DNA from: Candidatus Micrarchaeia archaeon
GTDB taxonomy: Archaea > Micrarchaeota > Micrarchaeia > CAILAH01
Assembly (NCBI GenBank): GCA_049970015.1
Contig: JBMFNT010000001.1
Coordinates: 45,865 to 80,696 of the forward strand
Length of the DNA: 34,832 nucleotides
Direction: 5' to 3'
Both the position numbers and the translations under genes were made by a program. The number at the start of each line of letters is the position of its first letter. Position 1 is the first letter of the stretch. Below the pieces are notes generated by a model. That model did no database searches. It saw nothing but the letters and a program-made list of their open reading frames with translations, and had not been told where the DNA came from. Positions 1 to 6,478 of this stretch are shown piece after piece.

Positions 1-661
1 CAAACCCCAACTCCTTGTGCACCTGCAAAATCATAGGATGGGGTGCAAAATGCATAACTGTTACTGCATACTCCTCAAACCTTGACAGTATTGCCTGCCC
101 TTTGTCTCCAGTACTTTTTGAATACAGTGAGCTTGAGGTGAGCCTGCTTTTTGGTATGAACGCATTTTCATTATGCTGATGGATAAAGGAGAAACTCAAT
201 TCATGGTTCTCCATCTTGCGTGTTTTCAGGTTTATGCCGCTTACATTCCCCTTGTACGATATTTTTATCTCATTATTGGTCTCTGATATGTCCAACTCAT
301 CCTTCTTCAACTTTGCAAGAAAATAGTAGTTGAACCTCTCAGGCTGCCCAGTCTGTTTTATTACAGATTTGGTCAAAACTACAATCTCATTGTTTTTTAA
401 CCCGATTGCACGCATTGCACCGGATGACCAGTCCAGCCGCAGTGCCTTGCCATCAATCTCCATACTCTGATAGTATCTTGTTGGTTTTGGCATTGCAACG
501 CGAGGTTCCAAATATAGCAAAGGTTCTATGTATGGAAATGTCTCCTGTGAGAAAAGAAGAACATTCTCAGTCTTTAGCATTCTTTCAACATCCTCAAGCA
601 TATATTGGCTTATTTTTGTTGGGTAGTGTGTATTTGCAAGACGCTTGCACAGGTCGCACAT
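1..661 (-). CDS. Hypothetical protein (>=220 aa, 3' end runs off the window), N-terminal CxxC
   Basis: Manual translation from ATG at 661 (MCDLCKRLANTHYPTKISQY...) stays open to position 1. Absent from the ORF track, probably because it has no stop in the window. No family recognised. Confidence 0.75.
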   Translation of the reverse strand, partial: MCDLCKRLANTHYPTKISQYMLEDVERMLKTENVLLFSQETFPYIEPLLYLEPRVAMPKPTRYYQSMEIDGKALRLDWSSGAMRAIGLKNNEIVVLTKSVIKQTGQPERFNYYFLAKLKKDELDISETNNEIKISYKGNVSGINLKTRKMENHELSFSFIHQHNENAFIPKSRLTSSSLYSKSTGDKGQAILSRFEEYAVTVMHFAPHPMILQVHKELGF

Positions 662-698
662 AATACACTATTTTCTCAACAAAGATTAAAAAAATAAG

Positions 699-790
699 AA
701 GGGACGCGCCCTGTGTTTGTGGGGGTGTGTTGGCGGGCGCGTGTAGCTCCCTTTTTTTTTTCTACGCCACCAGGAGGTGTCGAGCATGCC
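699..790. other. GC-rich stem-loop with G/T-only loop, T10 tract and second small hairpin; candidate ncRNA, terminator or regulatory element
   Basis: ACGCGCCC (704-711) pairs with GGGCGCGT (735-742), extended by AAGGG/CCCTT. Loop 712-733 is only G/T. T run at 752-761. CACC-agga-GGTG at 768-779. Confidence 0.5.
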
Positions 791-793
791 ATA

Positions 794-1231
794 CTACTTT
801 ATTGAATAGTATACCTTCCTTCCAGCATATGTTTTCTTTAGGTACCCAAGCGAAAATAACCTGTGAAGCCGAGAGCTTGCACCATTCTTTCCCTTGTATT
901 TAAAGTGCTCCTGCACTTCTTCTGCGCAAACAACCCTTTTTTTCTTCACATACTTGAGAAGTTCAGAATCAACCTCCCCTAGCATAATACCTTCTTCTTT
1001 AGCTCTTCCTTTTTCCATCTCCTCAATCTTCATCTCAAGTGCCTCAACCTTGTGTATCACTGTGGCAATCAGGCTGTTTGTTCTTTCTCTCTCCTCTTTT
1101 AAGGAGTACATAAGCTGGGCAAGGAACACTGGGTCATACTTATCATTCACTTTTGAGAGCAGCCCCTCTGCACTTGCATTCTCACATTTATATTTTTTAC
1201 TCTCCAATTCATTCTGTTGATCCATTCCCAC
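794..1231 (-). CDS. Coiled-coil + C-terminal winged-helix DNA-binding protein (start may be ATG at 1225)
   Basis: Heptad-like N half. C-terminal VCAEEVQEHFKYKGKNGASSRLHRLFSLGYLKKTYAGRKVYY is a typical wHTH helix-helix-wing pattern. Confidence 0.7.
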   Translation of the reverse strand: MGMDQQNELESKKYKCENASAEGLLSKVNDKYDPVFLAQLMYSLKEERERTNSLIATVIHKVEALEMKIEEMEKGRAKEEGIMLGEVDSELLKYVKKKRVVCAEEVQEHFKYKGKNGASSRLHRLFSLGYLKKTYAGRKVYYSIK

Positions 1232-1245
1232 ACCCAGTTATAGTG

Positions 1246-1302
1246 TAATGAACATGTCATGACAAAATCATGACAATATCATTATAACATCAACATTTAT
1301 AA
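1246..1302. promoter_or_regulatory. Divergent promoter with 11-bp-phased TCATGACA-like boxes and a TATA-like TTTATAAA
   Basis: TAATGAAC 1246, TCATGACA 1257, TCATGACA 1268, TCATTATA 1279. Palindrome TGTCATGACA at 1255-1264. TTTATAAA at 1296-1303. Confidence 0.55.
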
Positions 1303-1884
1303 ATGTATCATGGTGTTGCAATGGTTTATGAAAAAGAGCAGCTTAAGAATGAACTCTCATCCTTGCATTCTTATGTGAGGTCTAGGAACATAAGAAAGCT
1401 CCGTGAGCTTAACAATACATTCACCCATAATTTGCTCATATACCAAGATAAGCTCTACCTTGATCTTGCAGTCCTGTCGATACTCCTTGCAAAGCTGATA
1501 GAGAAGCCGAGGTTTTGGAAGTTCGAGAAGTGGAAAGAGGTGTTGTTTGGCATAGAGGATACTCTCTTACAGTGTCTTCCTTTGTGTGATGTGTACGATA
1601 AAAAAGGCATTCAGAGAAACCTCAAAAAGATACTTTCAGTGATTACTATTGTTGATGAGCAAGATAGGAGATATGTTGATTCATTGATTGACCAGGCAAA
1701 GGTTAAGATTGGCTCATCGCTTTACGCACAAGGTATGTCCATAGGAAAGGCATCTTTCCTGTCTGAGGTAAGTAAGGAGAAAATAATGAGTTATTCTGGA
1801 AAAACGCTCATATCTGACAGGTTTGGGAAAACATATTCGATAAAAGAGAGGATAAACAATGTTAGGGGAGTATTTGGAGATTAA
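1303..1884 (+). CDS. Helical protein with C-terminal UPF0175-like HTH, possible PIN partner (start probably ATG 1321)
   Basis: LYAQGMSIGKASFLSEVSKEKIMSY resembles the GxSxGxAAEL HTH of UPF0175 antitoxin-like proteins. Overlaps the downstream PIN gene. Confidence 0.6.
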   Translation: MYHGVAMVYEKEQLKNELSSLHSYVRSRNIRKLRELNNTFTHNLLIYQDKLYLDLAVLSILLAKLIEKPRFWKFEKWKEVLFGIEDTLLQCLPLCDVYDKKGIQRNLKKILSVITIVDEQDRRYVDSLIDQAKVKIGSSLYAQGMSIGKASFLSEVSKEKIMSYSGKTLISDRFGKTYSIKERINNVRGVFGD

Positions 1885-2572
1885 CCGGAATTCGATAGTC
1901 TGTGATGCAAGCTCTCTCATATCGCTTGCGGAGGCATGCCTTCTGGATACGTTGGCGTTCCTCAAGCCACGAATGAAAGGAAGCTTCATATATCCTACAA
2001 CTGTACGATATGAATCCATAGAACATCCGCTTGGTATGAAGGAACATTCGCTAAGGGCATTGCGCCTCCTGGATTACGAAAAAAATGGTATAATAACATT
2101 TGTTGATTATGATGTCAGCGGGCTTATGAAAGACATAATGAATCTTTCAAATAGTGTGTTTAGGTTTAAGGGTAAGCCTGTCAAGCTCATAGACCCCGGG
2201 GAGGCGGCACAAATCGCGCTTGCAGTTGAGCTGGGAATAAAAAATGTCCTGATAGATGAACGCAGTATGCGAACACTGATCGAAGCTCCTCTCAAACTTA
2301 AAGAGCACCTAGAGCAGGAATTTAAGAGACCTGTTAATATTGAGGAGAGGGTATTAGACAGATTGTCTGAGATTTTTGGAGATATACACATAATACGCAG
2401 TGCAGAAATTGCTGTTATAGCATACAAGTATGGCTATTTTGATGTGTATGGTGAGCACAAGGATAAGGCATTACAGAGCGCATTATACACCCTCAAGTTC
2501 TCTGGCTGTAGCATAAGCTTTGAAGAGATACAGGAACTGATGGGTGAGATAAATGCAGGCAAATTTGAGTGA
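1859..2572 (+). CDS. PIN-domain nuclease, DUF3368-like (start possibly TTG 1874 after a GGGGAG RBS)
   Basis: Acidic PIN residues in IVCDASSLISL, YESIEHP, IDPGEAAQIALA and VLIDER. Confidence 0.8.
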   Translation: MLGEYLEINRNSIVCDASSLISLAEACLLDTLAFLKPRMKGSFIYPTTVRYESIEHPLGMKEHSLRALRLLDYEKNGIITFVDYDVSGLMKDIMNLSNSVFRFKGKPVKLIDPGEAAQIALAVELGIKNVLIDERSMRTLIEAPLKLKEHLEQEFKRPVNIEERVLDRLSEIFGDIHIIRSAEIAVIAYKYGYFDVYGEHKDKALQSALYTLKFSGCSISFEEIQELMGEINAGKFE

Positions 2573-3230
2573 GTTCAGCAAGAATCCCGAGCATGTGCTG
2601 GTTTATGCAGACACACGTGAAGATCCATCTATTATTGAAGAGCTAGAGCGGAGGGGATGTAGGGTTAAAGTTTTAATGCTTGATATAGGGGATTACATAG
2701 TCTCTGACAGAACGGCTGTTGAGAGAAAAACACGTGAAGATTTTGAAAACTCTATAATGGATGGCCGGCTTTTCGATCAGATGGCACGGTTGAAAGATAC
2801 ATATGAAAAAGTGGTTTGCATAATTGAAGGGCAACATTTTGTGGAAAGGATTAGCAGGAAAGCGCTTTTGGCAGCAGTATCATCTCTTATGCTTGATTTT
2901 GGTGTATCAGTTTTCTTCACAAAGAATAGTGAGGGGACTGCTGAGCTTATATGTGCCCTTGCAACACGCGAGCAGGTTGAGTCAGAGCGGAAAATACTCA
3001 TAAAACGTCCTGCAAAGAATGATGATATAAACAAGAGCATTCTCTACACGGTTGCATCAATCCCATCGGTGGGTGAAAAGACGGCAGAAAAACTGTTAAG
3101 GCATTTTGGCAACCTGCAAAAGCTGTTCAATGCAACCGAGCAGGAAATAATGGAGGTTGAGGGCATTGGTAAGAAAAGGGCACGGGAGATTTCCAGGTTC
3201 CTAAGAACACGGTTTGAGCCATCTTCTTAG
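2553..3230 (+). CDS. xpf: ERCC4/XPF-type structure-specific endonuclease, short form (nuclease + tandem HhH, no helicase)
   Basis: ADTRE, GDYIVSDRTAVERKTREDF (GDXnERKX3D), DGRLFDQ; HhH motifs IPSVGEKTA and VEGIGKKRA. Confidence 0.9.
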   Translation: MQANLSEFSKNPEHVLVYADTREDPSIIEELERRGCRVKVLMLDIGDYIVSDRTAVERKTREDFENSIMDGRLFDQMARLKDTYEKVVCIIEGQHFVERISRKALLAAVSSLMLDFGVSVFFTKNSEGTAELICALATREQVESERKILIKRPAKNDDINKSILYTVASIPSVGEKTAEKLLRHFGNLQKLFNATEQEIMEVEGIGKKRAREISRFLRTRFEPSS

Positions 3231-3475
3231 ATCCTATCAACACCTAGTACTTCAATACTACTTACATTTTCAACCTTTGATAGTCTATCCTCAAGCTCTG
3301 CACTTCCCTTATCCTCATCTTCATAGAACAATGCCTTTATTACTTTTATTCCGAATCCAACATCTTCTGTGCCTATGCTTATAGGCCTAAACTCTTGCTT
3401 TATCTTGTTTAGGAGTTGATCAACCCTTTCAATATCCTCTGGGGTTATCCTGACCAAAATTGCAACTTGTGCCAT
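3227..3475 (-). CDS. ef1b: Translation elongation factor aEF-1beta
   Basis: MAQVAILVRITPED...EDVGFGIKVIK...LEDRLSKVENVSSIEVLGVDRI. Start trimmed to ATG 3475 (82 aa), which has a GGTGA RBS upstream. Confidence 0.88.
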   Translation of the reverse strand: MAQVAILVRITPEDIERVDQLLNKIKQEFRPISIGTEDVGFGIKVIKALFYEDEDKGSAELEDRLSKVENVSSIEVLGVDRI

Positions 3476-3509
3476 ATATTCACCTTGCTTTTTATAATAA
3501 GGTAAATTA

Positions 3510-4079
3510 TTAATACCATTCATCATATGTTTCCTGCCTTTTTAGCATAAGGTTTGCATACGCAATCCCAAACAGCAGGCCGCCCAGGTGTGCTGCGCTT
3601 GCAATCCCTGAGTATGGGTTGAAAGAGCCTATGAATTCTATAAGTATCCATAATATTGCTGCATTACGCATTTTCATTGGGAAAAACCAGAAGTATATCA
3701 CCAGATCTGGCATAAGTATCGAGAGGGCTCCCAGTATTCCATATATTGCACCACTTGCACCCAGTGCAGGCAGAGGAGGTATTATGCCAAGCAACACAGT
3801 AATGTAGTACAATACTGAGCCTGTGATTCCAGATAGTAAGAGTATTATAATAAAATGTTTCGTGCCCACCTTGTGCTCGAGCAGTGGAGCGAACATAAAC
3901 ATTGCAAACATGTTGTAGAATATGTGTGCAAATCCCCCGTGCAGGAATATTGAAGTGATAAATCTGTATGGCTGTTCCAGTGCAACTGCCGGATCAAACC
4001 AGAACATCTCAGTGAACGATGGTATCAGTTGAAGAAGAAACACAAGCAACATAATGCCTATCAGGTAGAATGTTATCAT
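3510..4079 (-). CDS. Rhomboid family intramembrane serine protease
   Basis: YRFITSIFLHGGFAHIFYNM, catalytic GASG and AHLGG motifs, multiple TM segments. Confidence 0.92.
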   Translation of the reverse strand: MITFYLIGIMLLVFLLQLIPSFTEMFWFDPAVALEQPYRFITSIFLHGGFAHIFYNMFAMFMFAPLLEHKVGTKHFIIILLLSGITGSVLYYITVLLGIIPPLPALGASGAIYGILGALSILMPDLVIYFWFFPMKMRNAAILWILIEFIGSFNPYSGIASAAHLGGLLFGIAYANLMLKRQETYDEWY

Positions 4080-4197
4080 ACTTTATGTTAGAGTGCATAA
4101 AACTTAAATTAAATAACAAGCGCAAGCAACATAATGCCTATCAGGTAGAATGTTATCATACTTTATGTTAGAGTGCATAAAACTTAAATTAAATAAC
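4043..4197. repeat. Exact 75-bp direct repeat (4043-4117 and 4123-4197, period 80)
   Basis: CAAGCAACATAATGCC...CTTAAATTAAATAAC occurs twice. It spans the first ~12 codons and upstream region of the rhomboid gene, next to tRNA-Arg. Confidence 0.95.
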
Positions 4198-4214
4198 TTT
4201 CAATAATTAGACGT

Positions 4215-4659
4215 GGGCCCGTAGCTCAGCCTGGATAGAGCGGCAGCCTTCTAGCACACTGATGGAAGGGGGGAGACCCCCCTTCCCTCGTGTGATCTAC
4301 ACCTAACCCCCCAATGTATGTGGGTATGGTGGACTGATGGAAGGGGGGAGACCCCCCTTCCCTCGTGTGATCTACACCTAACCCCCCAACATATGTGGGT
4401 ATGGTGGACTGATGAAAGTGGAAAATCTCTTATCATCAGATGAAGGAAGCTGAGGGTCGTGGGTTCAAGCCCCTTTTTCTCTTAGAAAGAGAAAAAGGCC
4501 CTTGGGTTCAAAAAGAGAACTACATTACCAGCAACGTGCCTGGTATGTTGAGCCCCTTTTTCTCTTAGAACGAGAAAAAGCAAGAACCTAAGTGGTTACC
4601 CAAAAATGCCTCTGCTGAAGCAGATACATTCAGCATAGCTGAACGTCCCATCGGGCCCG
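4215..4659 (+). tRNA. tRNA-Arg(TCT) with two large introns; exons 4215-4253, 4448-4469, 4646-4659
   Basis: Acceptor GGGCCCG/CGGGCCC, D arm GCTC/GAGC, anticodon TCT 4250-4252, T arm GTGGG-TTCAAG|T-CCCAT. Relaxed BHB junctions CTTC/GAAG (37/38, 194-nt intron) and TTCA/TGAA (59/60, 176-nt intron). Confidence 0.88.
4258..4414 (+). repeat. Tandem 75-nt units inside tRNA-Arg intron 1
   Basis: Copies 4258-4332 and 4333-4407 differ at two adjacent bases (TG vs CA). ACTGATG occurs at 4258, 4333 and 4408. Confidence 0.95.
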
Positions 4660-4749
4660 CTCTTTTTTTGCTATTCAGCATCACATATAAAAACTCTACT
4701 TATCTAATGTAATTGAGCGGTTCTGCTAATAGTTGTTGGGGGTGATTAT

Positions 4750-5022
4750 ATGGCGAAGAAGCCAAGTAACTCAGAGAAACGGATACGCGAGATTATTGAG
4801 TTTATGGATGCGCTTATGGAAGATGTTACTGTACCAAAAAACATAAAGAAAGCAATAAACGATGCGAAAGAAAAACTTTTAGGTACTGGAGACCCAGTTT
4901 TTCGTGCAACATCTGCAATCTATATTTTAGAGGGTGTAAGTGAGGACATAAACTTGCCCATGCACGCCAGGACCCAGATATGGAACATTGTTAGCTCACT
5001 TGAAATGATTAAGGGCGACTGA
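4750..5022 (+). CDS. UPF0147 family protein
   Basis: DVTVPKNIK...AIYILEGVSEDINLPMHARTQIWNIVSSLE matches the UPF0147 pattern. GGGGGTGA RBS upstream. Confidence 0.85.
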   Translation: MAKKPSNSEKRIREIIEFMDALMEDVTVPKNIKKAINDAKEKLLGTGDPVFRATSAIYILEGVSEDINLPMHARTQIWNIVSSLEMIKGD

Positions 5023-5023
5023 A

Positions 5024-6478
5024 ATGCTCCAGAGGTTTGAAGAGGAGGGATTATTGCTTGAGTCGGGTGTAGATGAGCTTATACTTGCTCACGTGAATAA
5101 AATTGATGAACTGATTTCATTTGCAAAATCGAGAGATGTTTTCATAGTAACAAAATCACTTGTGCAAGAATATCTTGGGCTTGTTAATAAGAAGGTTGTG
5201 ATAGAGAGGCCTGTTTATAGGGCGATTGCTTCAGAGTATTCCTCCAATCTTGAGCACATATCTGCATATGATGTTGAAGGCAAGTCTAGGTGTACGGGCA
5301 CGGTTGATGATTTCATATCGCTGTTTAGGGACAGGTTTAGGAGAACGGTTAATATTTTCAGAATGCAGTCATCAAAATACCCTATCATGGGCAGTACTGG
5401 ATTGAAAATGGGTGGTGATTGCAGGTATATAGCTATGGTACGCTCAAAGACTATCACTAAGAATGGACATATGATAATTGAGGCGGAAGATGAACAGGGT
5501 GTTGTGAAAGTGTTCATATCGAACAATAATGAAAGGCTTAAGATGATGTACCCAAAGCTAGTACTGGATGAGGTTGTCGCGTTTGATGGCAGGTATAGGG
5601 ACCCTTTTTTCTATGTAGAAGACATCTTGTGGCCAGATATTCCGGTGAATAAAGAAAAAAAGCTGATTGAGGAAAACCTTTCGATAGCATTCATCTCAGA
5701 TGTGCATGTTGGCAGTAAGCTTTTCCTTGAAGATAAGTTTGTGAAGATGATAAACTGGCTTAATGGTGAAGCTTCGAGCGAACATGAAATAAAAATCGCT
5801 TCATCAATTAAGTATATTTTTGTTGCTGGTGATTTGGTCGATGGAATAGGTGTTTACCCAAACCAGGAGAGAGAGCTGTCAATATTGGACATATATGAGC
5901 AGTATGACAGGTTTCTTTCTCTGATGGAAAACATCCCTGAGTACATAGAAATTGTATTCATCCCGGGCAATCATGATGCAGTTAGGAGAGGTGATCCACA
6001 ACCTAGTCTTGCAAAAGAGTTTATAAAGAGGTCACACTCAAACTTTCATTTCTACTCAAGCCCTTCATACCACAAGGTTGAAGGCCTCACACTACTCGCA
6101 TACCATGGTAATTCATTAGATTCGATGATTGCGAACATCTCTGGGCTATCGTACAACGAGCCAGAGAAAGTAATGATTGATTATCTTAAGAGGAGACATT
6201 TAAGCCCCATATATGGATCAAACCACATCGTACCGGAAAGAACTGATTACATGTTAATTGAGGAAGTTCCTGACATAGTACACATGGGCCACATACACAA
6301 GAATGGATATGCTGAATATAGGAATGTTTCTCTAATAAACTCTGGCACATGGCAGGATGTGACTGAATACCAAAAATCACAGGGGCATGTGCCAACACCA
6401 GCAAGACTTCCAGTATACAATTTACACACAGGCAGTTTATCGTTGATAGATTTTAGCGAGCAAGGTGTATTGCCATGA
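5024..6478 (+). CDS. polD1: DNA polymerase D small subunit DP1 (proofreading phosphoesterase)
   Basis: SDVHVGS, AGDLVDGIGVYPNQ, PGNHD, YHGNS, GHIH, NSGTWQ. Overlaps the DP2 start (ATGA). Confidence 0.96.
   Translation: MLQRFEEEGLLLESGVDELILAHVNKIDELISFAKSRDVFIVTKSLVQEYLGLVNKKVVIERPVYRAIASEYSSNLEHISAYDVEGKSRCTGTVDDFISLFRDRFRRTVNIFRMQSSKYPIMGSTGLKMGGDCRYIAMVRSKTITKNGHMIIEAEDEQGVVKVFISNNNERLKMMYPKLVLDEVVAFDGRYRDPFFYVEDILWPDIPVNKEKKLIEENLSIAFISDVHVGSKLFLEDKFVKMINWLNGEASSEHEIKIASSIKYIFVAGDLVDGIGVYPNQERELSILDIYEQYDRFLSLMENIPEYIEIVFIPGNHDAVRRGDPQPSLAKEFIKRSHSNFHFYSSPSYHKVEGLTLLAYHGNSLDSMIANISGLSYNEPEKVMIDYLKRRHLSPIYGSNHIVPERTDYMLIEEVPDIVHMGHIHKNGYAEYRNVSLINSGTWQDVTEYQKSQGHVPTPARLPVYNLHTGSLSLIDFSEQGVLP

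Noticed and set aside
406..663. 85-aa plus-strand ORF
   Set aside because: Shadow of the longer open minus-strand CDS at 1-661.
4251..4436. 61-aa minus-strand ORF with an internal repeat
   Set aside because: It is the antisense translation of the tRNA intron repeat (75 nt is a multiple of 3) and has no coding features.
4409..4440. Hammerhead ribozyme core (CTGATGA...GAAA) in tRNA-Arg intron 1
   Set aside because: CTGATGA pairs fully with downstream TCATCAG as a simple hairpin. There is no stem II between CTGATGA and GAAA and no stem I/III arrangement.
4258..4447. Box C/D guide RNA in the intron (CTGA and TGATGA-like words)
   Set aside because: The C- and D-like words overlap instead of flanking guides, and the would-be guides are tied up in internal hairpins. 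Not fully excluded without a snoscan-type search.
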